From the IMG/VR virus record IMGVR_UViG_3300034022_000723, positions 62,001-116,519 of that record: 54,519 nt of DNA; one strand, 5' to 3'. The notes beneath the pieces were generated by a model that ran no database searches, was not told the origin of the DNA, and worked only from the letters and a program-made list of their open reading frames with translations. Position 1 is the first letter of the stretch. Each line of letters opens with the position of its first letter. The translations under genes and the position numbers were made by a program. Below, piece by piece: positions 1-10,216 of this stretch. The stretch comes from an uncultured virus (IMG/VR IMGVR_UViG_3300034022_000723) (Duplodnaviria > Heunggongvirae > Uroviricota > Caudoviricetes).

Positions 1-2
1 TT

Positions 3-1751
3 GAAGTTGCGGATAAGTTTGGTTGGCCGAGAGCAATTTATCATGAAATTTTTAATTTAAAAGATTATTATAAATTCCCCAATCAAGACAAACGAATATT
101 TGATGGAGATGTGGTAGTTGATTTAGGAGGAAACTTAGGTATCTTTAATAGATGGGCTTATAGTCAAGGTGCGTCTAAAGTAATTTCATTTGAACCAGAT
201 AGAAGGTATTTCCAATTACTTTCAAAAAATGCCGACCCACGTTCAATATTATATAATGGTGCAATTGCGGATGAGATGGGTGAATTGGTTTTATCCGAAA
301 CTGGACATTTAGGTGGATCTACATTATTGGAAACAAATGAAGTAACTAACACTTATGCTGTTAAAACATATACATTAAATCATTTGTTTGAAACAGGTGT
401 TGTAAATAAAATAGATTTTTTAAAGATGGATATTGAAGGTGCTGAACATCACGCATTTTTAGGTATATCGGATGAAAATCTATTAAAGGTTAGAAACATA
501 GCAATGGAATATCACCATAATTTATTAGGGTATAATGTTGAACTAAGAGAAAACCTTATCAAAAGAATGGCAGGATTAGGATTTGGTCATTTTACTTTAT
601 TTTGTGGAGGTAACGACAACTTACAAATGTTATATTTTGAAAGAAAGGTCGCATCAAATAGAAGAACAAATGTACATTTCGTAGATGGTCCATTTGTTGA
701 AATTAATGAGGATAATGAACACCAGTACAATGTTCAATTTATTGATGGGGATACGGGTGACATTGTCTATGAAACCAACATCAAGAGTAATCATTGGACA
801 AGAGCATCTAAAAAATATTATGTTAATTGGATTGTTAAGATTAAAGGTATTGATAATAATTTTTATAGAGAGGAGAAATTTAATCCTGAAGGTCAAAGAA
901 TTATGATATGTTTCGAATCTAAATCTTTGGGGGATAGTTTAGCGTGGATACCATATGTAGAAGAGTTTAGAATTAAAAATAAGTGTCATATTATATGTTC
1001 AACATTTAAAAATGATTTATTTAAAGGGCAATATCCTGAAATTGAATTTGTGGAACCTGGTGTTGGGGTGAATAACATTTATGGTCTATATAGATTAGGT
1101 TTATTTTATGATGATAAAAGAACAATTAGATATGATAATCATCCGTCCAATCCTAAAGTAGAACCATTGGGTAAAATGGCAACGGATATATTGGGTTTAG
1201 AATATAAAGAGATTAGACCTAAATTACCAACTTTTAGTAATAAGAAAAAGAAAAGAGTGTGTATTGCTGTCCATTCAACATCACAATGTAAGTATTGGAA
1301 CAACGCAACAGGATGGCAACAAGTGGTTAATCATCTTAAAAGGAAAGGTTATGAGGTAAGATTATTATCTAGAGAAGAGGATGGATATATGGGTAATAAG
1401 AACCCACAAGGGGTCGTACAACAAAAATCAGGACCAATCGAGAAGGTAATTCAAGTTTTAGAAGAGTCGGAACTTTTTATAGGTATTGGTAGTGGATTAA
1501 GTTGGTTGGCGTGGTCTGTGGGTATTCCTTGTGTCATCATTTCAGGTTTTAGTGAGGAATATAGTGAACCAACAATCGGAGTTTCAAGAATTATTAATAA
1601 AGATGTTTGTCATGGATGTTGGAATGTTTACGATTTTAACCCTGGAGATTGGAACTGGTGCCCTGTAAATAAAGGTACAAAACAACAATTTGAATGTTCC
1701 AAATCAATCACAGGTCAAGATGTCATAAAAGAAATTGATAAATTAATATAA
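3..1751 (+). CDS. FkbM-family methyltransferase fused to Aah/TibC-like (autotransporter heptosyltransferase, GT9-like) glycosyltransferase; 5'-partial
   Basis: Frame open from nt 3. FkbM motifs VDLGGNLG, FEP, KMDIEGAE. C-half has SLGDSLAWIPYVEEF, FIGIGSGLSWLAW and the Cys tail CHGCWN..WCP..FECSKSIT. Confidence 0.8.
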   Translation, partial: EVADKFGWPRAIYHEIFNLKDYYKFPNQDKRIFDGDVVVDLGGNLGIFNRWAYSQGASKVISFEPDRRYFQLLSKNADPRSILYNGAIADEMGELVLSETGHLGGSTLLETNEVTNTYAVKTYTLNHLFETGVVNKIDFLKMDIEGAEHHAFLGISDENLLKVRNIAMEYHHNLLGYNVELRENLIKRMAGLGFGHFTLFCGGNDNLQMLYFERKVASNRRTNVHFVDGPFVEINEDNEHQYNVQFIDGDTGDIVYETNIKSNHWTRASKKYYVNWIVKIKGIDNNFYREEKFNPEGQRIMICFESKSLGDSLAWIPYVEEFRIKNKCHIICSTFKNDLFKGQYPEIEFVEPGVGVNNIYGLYRLGLFYDDKRTIRYDNHPSNPKVEPLGKMATDILGLEYKEIRPKLPTFSNKKKKRVCIAVHSTSQCKYWNNATGWQQVVNHLKRKGYEVRLLSREEDGYMGNKNPQGVVQQKSGPIEKVIQVLEESELFIGIGSGLSWLAWSVGIPCVIISGFSEEYSEPTIGVSRIINKDVCHGCWNVYDFNPGDWNWCPVNKGTKQQFECSKSITGQDVIKEIDKLI

Positions 1752-1789
1752 AAATTTATAGATTTATTTCACAAATGTGATTTATAAAG

Positions 1790-1797
1790 TATTTATT
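1790..1797 (+). promoter_or_regulatory. Putative late promoter TATTTATT
   Basis: Variant of the TATTTAT(A) motif that recurs before virion-type genes. Confidence 0.45.
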
Positions 1798-1817
1798 AGG
1801 GTATAACAATATAACCT

Positions 1818-3629
1818 ATGAAAATATTTGACGCAAACATCTCGGGATCACTTAATGTATCGGGCGCAGCTCGTTTTTTTGGAGATCTTCAGGTAGACGG
1901 AACAATAAATGCCACCATAAGTGGTACCACATCAAACGCTTCGGCCCTAAACACAACAGGTTCCGCTCGTTTTGCAACCACAGGTAGTAACCTATTCACC
2001 GCAAATCAGACAATTAGTGGATCAATAATTCCTTCTGTTAATAATGCTTACGATTTAGGTGACGCAACACATTGGTGGAAGGACATCTACGTATCAACAG
2101 GATCTATCTTTATTGGTGGAATTAAAGCTATCAGTACAAACTCTGATGGTACAATACAAGTAGGTGCTCAAGTTGTACAAACTTCAGCGAGTTTGGCTTC
2201 AGTGGGTCTTCCAGTTCCTCCAACAGGTTCAGCAGGATCAAGTCAAAGTACATTAGTAGGTAGTCAAAATATTACAGGTAGTCAATCTATCACAGGTAGT
2301 ATGTCGGTTAGTGGTAGTATGGTTGTGACTGGTTCATTATTCATTAACGGAACATCATATACAGCAGCTTCTTCAGGAACATCAGGTTCTAACGGAACTA
2401 ACGGTTCATCAGGTACTAGCGGTTCTAATGGAACTGACGGTACTTCAGGTACAAACGGTTCTTCAGGAAGTAACGGAACAAATGGTTCTTCAGGAACAAG
2501 TGGTAGTAATGGTACGAACGGTTCATCAGGTTCTAATGGAACGAATGGTAGTTCAGGTTCATCAGGTTCCAATGGTACAAATGGTACTTCTGGTTCCAAT
2601 GGTACAAATGGTTCTTCAGGTTCTAATGGAACTAATGGTTCTTCAGGAACTTCAATCACAACATCAGGTACTAACAATAAAGTAGTTAAATTTACTTCTG
2701 CATCAACTGTGGGTGACTCATCAATAACTGATGATGGTACAACTGTAACTATTGGCGGTAATTTGGTCGTTTCTGGTACATCTACAACAGTCAACTCAAC
2801 AACCGTTGAAATTGGAGATAATATTATATCATTAAATGGTTCAGGAGCGGCAAATGCGGGTTTGGTTGTTAGAGACGCAACCGCAGCATCATTAGTATCA
2901 GGTTCGTTATTATGGAATACAACAACTGATAAGTGGATAGCAGGTCCTTTAGGATCTGAACTTGAAATTGCAACTATTAGTGGTACACAAACACTTACAA
3001 ACAAAACAATAAATGGTTCACAATTAGTTGATACATCCGTTGCAAATGGTAAGTTAACTAACTCATCAGTAACGGTTTCAGCAGGAACAGGTATGAGTGG
3101 TGGTGGTGCGGTATCATTAGGTGGTACTGTAACATTAACAAATGCGGGTGTAACTTCGGCAGTTGCAGGTACAGGTGTTGGTGTAAGTGCAGGAACGGGA
3201 GCGGTTACAATATCAATCGGTCAAGCGGTTGCAACATCATCAAACGTTCAATTTAACGCATTACTTGTTGGTGCTGGTACTCCACCAACAACCGCAGGTT
3301 TAATTAGAGCAACAAATGATGTTATTGCGTACTACGGTTCTGACGAAAGACTAAAAGAAAACATCACACCAATTGAAAATTCTTTAGATATCTTAAAACA
3401 AATAAATGGTTATTACTTCGATTGGAAGGAAATGCCAGGTATACATGAGAATGAAGGTCATGATATAGGGGTGGTTGCACAAGAAATTGGTGCAGTTTTA
3501 CCTGAAATCGTAACAACAAGAGAGAACGGTTATATGGCGGTTAAATACGAAAAATTAGTTGCATTGTTAATTCAAACAAACAAAGAATTATTAAATCGTG
3601 TTGAAGCTTTAGAAGCAAAAATAAAATAA
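1818..3629 (+). CDS. Tail fibre protein with C-terminal peptidase S74 intramolecular chaperone
   Basis: G/S/T-rich beta repeats and a GXX run; C-terminal SDERLKENI..GYYFDWK..IGVVAQEI..VKYEKLVALLIQ plus coiled coil. Confidence 0.85.
   Translation: MKIFDANISGSLNVSGAARFFGDLQVDGTINATISGTTSNASALNTTGSARFATTGSNLFTANQTISGSIIPSVNNAYDLGDATHWWKDIYVSTGSIFIGGIKAISTNSDGTIQVGAQVVQTSASLASVGLPVPPTGSAGSSQSTLVGSQNITGSQSITGSMSVSGSMVVTGSLFINGTSYTAASSGTSGSNGTNGSSGTSGSNGTDGTSGTNGSSGSNGTNGSSGTSGSNGTNGSSGSNGTNGSSGSSGSNGTNGTSGSNGTNGSSGSNGTNGSSGTSITTSGTNNKVVKFTSASTVGDSSITDDGTTVTIGGNLVVSGTSTTVNSTTVEIGDNIISLNGSGAANAGLVVRDATAASLVSGSLLWNTTTDKWIAGPLGSELEIATISGTQTLTNKTINGSQLVDTSVANGKLTNSSVTVSAGTGMSGGGAVSLGGTVTLTNAGVTSAVAGTGVGVSAGTGAVTISIGQAVATSSNVQFNALLVGAGTPPTTAGLIRATNDVIAYYGSDERLKENITPIENSLDILKQINGYYFDWKEMPGIHENEGHDIGVVAQEIGAVLPEIVTTRENGYMAVKYEKLVALLIQTNKELLNRVEALEAKIK
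2376..2654 (+). repeat. 31 consecutive Gly-X-X triplets (GTS/GSN/GTN/GSS) in the fibre
   Basis: Counted from the translation; codons vary synonymously. Confidence 0.95.
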
Positions 3630-3640
3630 TTACATTAAAC

Positions 3641-3678
3641 AATACTCACCGCGTCCTAAAAAAATGTGGTGAGTATTT
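3641..3678 (+). terminator. Hairpin after fibre gene, overlapping TATTTATA at 3674-3681
   Basis: aatactcaccgc ... gtggtgagtatt inverted repeat. Confidence 0.55.
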
Positions 3679-3710
3679 ATAACAAAGAACTTAGTTAAAA
3701 GAAATATATC

Positions 3711-3929
3711 ATGGGTACAGTACCAGCAACGGGAACCGAAGTAAGTATGGGAAGAATTAGTGTAGTTTTAGGACTGGCAGCTACTCCGGGTCAAGTACAA
3801 GTGGGGTTAAACTCAACTTTAGGTGTTGGACGTAATAGATCATATTCAGCAGTTGCAAGTATACCTTCAGGTTCAGCATCACAAGAAAGTTCAGATTTCG
3901 GTGGTTTATCAGGATCGGGCACATATTAA
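3711..3929 (+). CDS. Small Gly/Ser-rich putative virion protein
   Basis: 72 aa, follows the fibre gene, preceded by TATTTATA. Confidence 0.5.
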   Translation: MGTVPATGTEVSMGRISVVLGLAATPGQVQVGLNSTLGVGRNRSYSAVASIPSGSASQESSDFGGLSGSGTY

Positions 3930-3966
3930 TTTTACATTTTCACCTTTTTTTCTTATATTATAATGT

Positions 3967-4410
3967 ATGGATTTACGTTATAAAAACTACCCCTCAAAAT
4001 ACGAATTACAATACGTTAAATGGAATGGAATTAACTTTGATAGAGAAAGACTCATCAAGTTCATTAAACGTCTTAAATTGACCCGTTTCCTATCATTTAT
4101 CCCATCTTTCAAAGAAGAACATACCATACTTAATGAGATACTTACATCTTATGACGATAAAATTATAAAAGGTTTATTGGAAAATGATGAAAACATATCA
4201 AGGATATGTTTTATTGAAAAATGGGCAAGGATTGCATCCGTTGATATCCTCCTTACTAATGTTTATTCAAGATTAACATTTACAACAATTAGTAATTTAC
4301 CTGTGAGTGATTATCAATTGTTAACAAAAAGAGTTGAGGAATTAATTTCATTAGCACAAAATTTCACAACACAAAAAGATAAAATTACCGATAACATACC
4401 CGGCACATGA
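3967..4410 (+). CDS. Hypothetical protein
   Basis: 147-aa ORF coupled (ATGA) to next gene. Confidence 0.6.
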   Translation: MDLRYKNYPSKYELQYVKWNGINFDRERLIKFIKRLKLTRFLSFIPSFKEEHTILNEILTSYDDKIIKGLLENDENISRICFIEKWARIASVDILLTNVYSRLTFTTISNLPVSDYQLLTKRVEELISLAQNFTTQKDKITDNIPGT

Positions 4411-5054
4411 GTAAATCAATACAAAATAGTTCACTATGGGATAGTAAATCAACTAAACTTGCGATTTTAGTACCAACTAGAGATACTGTTCATTCACAAT
4501 TTGCTTATTGTTTAGCACAATTAATTAAAACAACATCTGAAGCTGGTATCGACACATATTTGTTTTTTGATTCCAGTACTATTCTTTTAAATCAAAGAGA
4601 AAAGTTAATAGAAAATGCTAAAGACATTAAATGTGATTATGTTTTGTGGTTAGATAGTGATATGATGTTCCCATCCACAACCGCATTAAGACTATTAGCA
4701 CACAATAAAGATATTGTTGCATGTAATTACATGAAAAGGTCTAAACCTTTAAAAACTGTCGCATATACCGATTTAAGAAATTGGGATAGTTGGTTACCAT
4801 TAGAACCTAAAGATGATTTAATAAAAGTTGAAGGTGTTGGAATGGGATGTATGTTAATGAAAACTGAAATCTTCAATTCATTACAAAAACCATATTTTGA
4901 ATTCACATACAAAGGAGACACTCAAGATTGGTATGGTGAAGATTTTATGTTATTAACCAAATTAAGATTAAATGAATTTAATGTTTATATTGATACAATT
5001 TTAAGTATGGATATAAAACATTTAGGAATATATGCCTTCGGAAATAACGATTAA
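4407..5054 (+). CDS. GT-A/GT2-like glycosyltransferase
   Basis: ILVPTRD, LWLDSD (DxD), GMGCMLMK, GEDF. Confidence 0.75.
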   Translation: MSKSIQNSSLWDSKSTKLAILVPTRDTVHSQFAYCLAQLIKTTSEAGIDTYLFFDSSTILLNQREKLIENAKDIKCDYVLWLDSDMMFPSTTALRLLAHNKDIVACNYMKRSKPLKTVAYTDLRNWDSWLPLEPKDDLIKVEGVGMGCMLMKTEIFNSLQKPYFEFTYKGDTQDWYGEDFMLLTKLRLNEFNVYIDTILSMDIKHLGIYAFGNND

Positions 5055-5055
5055 G

Positions 5056-6156
5056 TTATTTAATTTCCACAGATAAATTACCAATAGAATACATACCAGG
5101 TTCGTATTCCTGAATAATCATCTTCAATACTGTTATATTGTTAAAATCTTCTTGTGTTAAAACAGATGTTAATTTTACCATAACATCAACATCATCATAA
5201 TTTTCAAATTTAGTTTTTAAACTATATCGAGTCGTTGGTTGTTCAGCATCAATATAATCTTGAGGAATTATACCTAAATTAATTTTATTAAAAAATGGTT
5301 CTAACAAAATTAAATTACTATCATCATTTATTGTTAAACCCATATTTAAATTCTTATATGTAAAATCTTCTTTCTGTTGGTATTTCACTTGATTAAATGT
5401 TGAAATTACAGTACCCCATTTTCTTACGAAATTTCTGTTTGAAAATATCTCAATATTTTGTCTCTTATCTTTCATTTCATCACTGAATCTTGATGTTTGT
5501 GAAACAAAGTGATATGTGATTGCACATTCTGTTGTTTTTAGTTTATACCCTTTTAATTTTGCTCTAATTAAAAAATCGTCATCCTCACAAAAACATGGAA
5601 CAAAACTAAATCCATCAAACCCACCCAAATCAACAAACATATCTTTACGACCACTCATAAAGAAAACAGCACCATCGTAAAGTTCACATTTATCTTTGTT
5701 TTGTTTAACGTACTTATCAAACATTTTTTTATTAAAATTATCAAAACCAGTACCCATATCTAATATTACTTTACCAGGTCTTTGATGACCAGCAAATATT
5801 GGAGGTTCAATTGTTGTATATGATAACAATGTATTAGGATTCTCATCAATTAATTTATCTAAGTTCTCTAAAAAATGTTTACCGATAACCATATCATTAT
5901 GAATTAGAACTAATTTTTCTGTATCAACTAAATCAATACCAGCGTTATATGTTTCAGAAAATGTTAATCTGTCATCATCATGAAAGAAAGATAAGTTTTC
6001 ATCTTTTAAAGATTCTAACCATTCTTTAGTACCATCACTTGAACCACCACTACTAATTACTAATGGTGATTTAGGATAAATCTTACGTAGATGTTTATAA
6101 CATTCTTTTGTTAATTCTAATTTATTATAAACTGCTAATACAAAACTAATATTCAT
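5056..6156 (-). CDS. GT2 glycosyltransferase
   Basis: SFVLAVYN, IHND, GGFD, CEDDD. Confidence 0.8.
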   Translation of the reverse strand: MNISFVLAVYNKLELTKECYKHLRKIYPKSPLVISSGGSSDGTKEWLESLKDENLSFFHDDDRLTFSETYNAGIDLVDTEKLVLIHNDMVIGKHFLENLDKLIDENPNTLLSYTTIEPPIFAGHQRPGKVILDMGTGFDNFNKKMFDKYVKQNKDKCELYDGAVFFMSGRKDMFVDLGGFDGFSFVPCFCEDDDFLIRAKLKGYKLKTTECAITYHFVSQTSRFSDEMKDKRQNIEIFSNRNFVRKWGTVISTFNQVKYQQKEDFTYKNLNMGLTINDDSNLILLEPFFNKINLGIIPQDYIDAEQPTTRYSLKTKFENYDDVDVMVKLTSVLTQEDFNNITVLKMIIQEYEPGMYSIGNLSVEIK

Positions 6157-6159
6157 TTT

Positions 6160-7380
6160 TTATTTTTTAATTATTTCAAATTTAGGACAAGGTACAATTA
6201 ATTTTCCACCTTTATTTAAGTATTCTTCTTCTCTTTTTGTAAACTCGGATATAAAATGCCAAGGTAATATTAATAGATAGTCAGGATTCATCGACCTAAC
6301 ATCATCTTCGGATATCACTGGTATGTTTGTTCCAATTGTTTTATAACCATATTTGTATGGACTACGTTCGGCGATAGCATCAATTAATGTATTATCTAAA
6401 CCAAAGTATTGTAATAATGTGTTTCCTTTAGTTGATGCACCATAACCACAAATCCTTTTACCTTTTAATTTTTCTTCTTTAATAAAATCCACAGTTTGTT
6501 TTTTTAAATCTTCAATACCTTGAAAAAAATCTAACCACGTATCTAATGAATCTAAATATTGAGTCTCTTCCCATTTAAGTACAGATTCAATTCTAACATC
6601 GCAAACATCTCTATATGGTCTTGTTGCAAATTTAGTTATGTCGGAATTTTCTTTTTTAATGTATACTCTAAAACTACCACCGTTCAAATCATTTAGTTGA
6701 CAATCAACAATTTTTAATCCAGCATCAACCATTAATTTTTGTAAAGATGTTAATGACCAATAATATACGTGTTCATGACATATATTATCAAATGCCAATT
6801 GTTTAATCATCAGTGGTGTATAACTCATTTGAAGTACAAATATTCCATCATCATCTAATACTTCAATAATATCTTTTAAGAAATCAATCGGTTCATCTAA
6901 ATCATAAAACATCGCAATACAAGTTATAACTTTAGCTTTCTTTGATGAAAATTTAGAACGATTGAATGTTTCTAACGTGAAGTAATCTTGAATAATTTCA
7001 TCTGAAACTCTTCTAGATTCTATTGCAAACGTCTCGTCGGCTGGATCAATACCTAATTTAGATATGTGTTTAGGTACATAACTTAATAATGTACCATCAT
7101 TACATGCTATATCTAACCACAGGTCATCTTTTTCAAGTTTCTGTACTTTAACTATACTATCAACAATATCAGATAATTCTTTCTTCATAGTCGTATTAAC
7201 ACCACTACGATACCAATATTTACCAAACATAGAATGAATCGGTGTACATTTTTCTAATCTCGCCGCACCATATCTTTCATCGATTACTAATGATAAATCA
7301 TGTTTACCCGCTCTCGCATCTTCATCTTGTTTAATGAAGTCAGATACATATAATTCACCTAAACTAAATAATTTTTTCAT
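6160..7380 (-). CDS. NDP-sugar C-methyltransferase family (SAM-dependent)
   Basis: LDIACNDGTLL, FDNICHEHVYYWS, GYGASTKGNTLLQY, LILPWHF. Confidence 0.85.
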   Translation of the reverse strand: MKKLFSLGELYVSDFIKQDEDARAGKHDLSLVIDERYGAARLEKCTPIHSMFGKYWYRSGVNTTMKKELSDIVDSIVKVQKLEKDDLWLDIACNDGTLLSYVPKHISKLGIDPADETFAIESRRVSDEIIQDYFTLETFNRSKFSSKKAKVITCIAMFYDLDEPIDFLKDIIEVLDDDGIFVLQMSYTPLMIKQLAFDNICHEHVYYWSLTSLQKLMVDAGLKIVDCQLNDLNGGSFRVYIKKENSDITKFATRPYRDVCDVRIESVLKWEETQYLDSLDTWLDFFQGIEDLKKQTVDFIKEEKLKGKRICGYGASTKGNTLLQYFGLDNTLIDAIAERSPYKYGYKTIGTNIPVISEDDVRSMNPDYLLILPWHFISEFTKREEEYLNKGGKLIVPCPKFEIIKK

Positions 7381-7793
7381 TTCAATTTTTCTTTAATTAA
7401 TGTTGTGGATATGTTTTCAGTGTATGGTAAATAAACTAAAATGATTCCATTATCATCTAACCATTGTTGGGTAAAATTCATTTGTCCATAGTAATCTTTC
7501 TTTGCCCAATCACTACCTATTATAACGAATTTTGGTTTAATAGTCAATATTGCCGGTTTAGAATCTTCACCATCAGTATTTGGTATAACCTCATCAACGT
7601 ATCGACAACCTAATAAAACATCACGTCTTTCTTCGTAATTCATTATTGGGTATTTTCCTTTATATCTATAGATGAAATCGTCAGTATTTAATGACACAAC
7701 GATATAATCACCAATTTCTTTACATTGTTTCAAAAAATTCACATGTCCTCTATGGAATAAATCAAATGTTCCGCCAGTGTATACTTTCTTCAT
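7377..7793 (-). CDS. Cytidylyl/adenylyltransferase (TagD/RfaE-domain-II-like)
   Basis: GGTFDLFHRGH (HxGH), GSDW, ISTTLIK; start taken at MKKVY. Confidence 0.85.
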   Translation of the reverse strand: MKKVYTGGTFDLFHRGHVNFLKQCKEIGDYIVVSLNTDDFIYRYKGKYPIMNYEERRDVLLGCRYVDEVIPNTDGEDSKPAILTIKPKFVIIGSDWAKKDYYGQMNFTQQWLDDNGIILVYLPYTENISTTLIKEKLK

Positions 7794-8785
7794 TATTTTT
7801 TCCAAAAACTATAAATTCCCTTATCCACCTCATAGTTATCCCAAACAAATCTTTTACGATTCGGTTGTTTTTGAACCCATTCCCACATTTGAGATAAACC
7901 ATCATGTAATGTTGTTTTATGTTCAAACCCCAATATATCAATTGATTTTTGATATGTGGGAATTGAATGTTTAACTTCGTGTCTTCCTTCTTTTAAAACA
8001 ACTTCACCAGCCCCAATTACATTTCTCAGTACGGTATTTGCTTCTCTAATGTTATAACTTTGAATACCACCTAAATTAATAATCTCCTTAGACGCTTCAG
8101 GTCTAACAGAGGAATTCCATAATGGTTCAACAATATCGTCAATATAACTAAATGCTCTTGTTTGCAAACCATCACCAAAAATTGTCATTGGTTCACCGTT
8201 TAAATGTTGATACATCCAAATACCCAATACATTTCTATATTTGTCCCATATATTCTGATTACGACCATATACATTGTGAGGTCTAATGATACACCAATCA
8301 AGTCCATGCTGTTCACCAGCAATCTGTATATCCATTTCACAACCATATTTTGCAACTCCATATGGGTCAATTGGCTTTGGTACTTGGGCCTCATCAAATA
8401 TATTACCATTACCATGACCGTAAATTGCAAGTGTCGACGTGAAGACTAATCTTTTAACATCATGTTTAATACATTCATTTATGATACGTGATGTGGCAAC
8501 TAAATTGTTTTGGTAATTGTAACTTCTAATGAACGGTGACAATCCTTCGGCTGCGTAAGCTGCCATATGATAAACGTAATCAAATTGATGTCTTTCAAAA
8601 CATTCTGAAATGTTACCATTAACCAAATTCATTTGCCACAATTCGACTTTTGGATTAACATTTTCAATGTATCCACCACTTAAATCATCAATACCAACAA
8701 TTTGAACTTCTGGTTTATTTTCAATTATCCAATCAGATAACCTCGATCCGAGTAAACCGGCAACACCGGTAATTAGTATTTTCAT
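7793..8785 (-). CDS. NAD-dependent NDP-sugar epimerase/dehydratase
   Basis: TGVAGLLG, YGVAK, HNVYG, FGDGLQTRAFSYIDD. Confidence 0.9.
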   Translation of the reverse strand: MKILITGVAGLLGSRLSDWIIENKPEVQIVGIDDLSGGYIENVNPKVELWQMNLVNGNISECFERHQFDYVYHMAAYAAEGLSPFIRSYNYQNNLVATSRIINECIKHDVKRLVFTSTLAIYGHGNGNIFDEAQVPKPIDPYGVAKYGCEMDIQIAGEQHGLDWCIIRPHNVYGRNQNIWDKYRNVLGIWMYQHLNGEPMTIFGDGLQTRAFSYIDDIVEPLWNSSVRPEASKEIINLGGIQSYNIREANTVLRNVIGAGEVVLKEGRHEVKHSIPTYQKSIDILGFEHKTTLHDGLSQMWEWVQKQPNRKRFVWDNYEVDKGIYSFWKK

Positions 8786-8791
8786 ATTATT

Positions 8792-9367
8792 TTAATTATG
8801 TACATAAAGAACTTTATTTATTTTTTTTATAGTTCCATGAGGGTATTTTAATAAGTATTCTTCAACAAATAGACCATCAGCATCCCCTTTAGTAATGTTT
8901 ATTTTTAATTTATTTGAAAGTTGAGTTCTTGTCATAAAATTACCAATATCTATTGCACCTGCTATTGGTCTTGAATTAATAACTAAATATTGTTGTTGTG
9001 TCCAATTATGTACCATATTACAATAAACAAAATGAGTATTGTCATCAACTTCGTTTAAAAAATCTTGAACAAAAATTGGTACATAATAATTATCATCACC
9101 TGTCATCACTACCCATTCTTCAGTTGTATTTTGTAATCCATAATTTCTAGCGGTATGTCCCCAATCCATATGTGGACCATTTAATTCTGTAAATTTAATT
9201 CTTTCATCATTTTCAAAATAATCTTTTACTTTTTGATATCCATCGTAAAATGCGTCTGCAACAACATGTATTTTCCAATTGGATGATGTTTGGGAAAATA
9301 TAGAACATATTACACTCATTAATTGATGTGGTCTATTGTATGTTGGTATTACGAATTCTATCTTCAT
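8792..9367 (-). CDS. GT2 glycosyltransferase
   Basis: FVIPTYNR, RNYGL, GDDN. Confidence 0.8.
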   Translation of the reverse strand: MKIEFVIPTYNRPHQLMSVICSIFSQTSSNWKIHVVADAFYDGYQKVKDYFENDERIKFTELNGPHMDWGHTARNYGLQNTTEEWVVMTGDDNYYVPIFVQDFLNEVDDNTHFVYCNMVHNWTQQQYLVINSRPIAGAIDIGNFMTRTQLSNKLKINITKGDADGLFVEEYLLKYPHGTIKKINKVLYVHN

Positions 9368-9370
9368 ATT

Positions 9371-10216
9371 TTATTTATTTAAATAGTTTTTAATATAATC
9401 ACTTATATTTTTAGTTGGTTGCCATCCCAATATTAATTTTGCTAAATAATTTTCACATAAAGTTACTTGAGCCTCCCCTGGTTTATCTTTGCAGAAGATA
9501 AACTCACGATTAAACATTAAAGCAATGTCCTTTATTGAAAAGTTTATTCCTCTACCCAATTCAAAAATATGACCCCAAGCATTTTTTTCAAATATTTTTA
9601 CTAATCCATCAACAATATCGTCTATATGTGTAAAATCTCTTCTTTTTGTACCATCACCATAAATTGTCAATGGTTGGTTATTTTCAATTGATTTCTCCCA
9701 CGCACCAATTAAAGTACAATAGCCACCACTTTTTAAATGATATGGGCCATAGACATTATAAAAACGAGCAATGGATGCATTTAATCCAAAATGTTCTTGA
9801 TATAATGTAACAATTTCTTCTCCCACATCTTTACTGAAAGTATATGGATTTTTTAATTTACCACTATGATGTGAACTACTACCAGCGTAAACCAAAGGTA
9901 TATTATTCTTATAGCAATAGTTAACAACATTTAACGTACCATTCGCATTAGTTTCAAAGTATTCTACCGGTTGTTTAAATGATGGTTGTATTCTCGCAAT
10001 TGCCGCAAGATGATAAACCATATCAAAAGTACCATAAACATTGTAGTGTTTAATTTCTCTAACATCACCTGTAATGTATTTCGCACCTTCTTGGTGATTA
10101 CTTTCAAATCCTGTATTGTAATTGTCAATTGAGGTTACATTATGTCCTTCACTAATTAATCTTTTAATTAGATTTGTACCAACAAACCCTGCACCACCTG
10201 TTACTAGTACATTCAT
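9371..10216 (-). CDS. NAD-dependent NDP-sugar epimerase/dehydratase
   Basis: TGGAGFVG, YTFSK, RFYNVYGP, RDFTHIDD. Confidence 0.9.
   Translation of the reverse strand: MNVLVTGGAGFVGTNLIKRLISEGHNVTSIDNYNTGFESNHQEGAKYITGDVREIKHYNVYGTFDMVYHLAAIARIQPSFKQPVEYFETNANGTLNVVNYCYKNNIPLVYAGSSSHHSGKLKNPYTFSKDVGEEIVTLYQEHFGLNASIARFYNVYGPYHLKSGGYCTLIGAWEKSIENNQPLTIYGDGTKRRDFTHIDDIVDGLVKIFEKNAWGHIFELGRGINFSIKDIALMFNREFIFCKDKPGEAQVTLCENYLAKLILGWQPTKNISDYIKNYLNK

Noticed and set aside
2376..2654. Possible CRISPR or DNA-level tandem array
   Set aside because: No spacers; codons vary synonymously, so it is a protein repeat
2282..3004. 240-aa minus-strand Pro/Glu-repeat ORF and the 2428-2685 frame-shifted ORF
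   Set aside because: Shadows of the GXX repeat in the fibre gene
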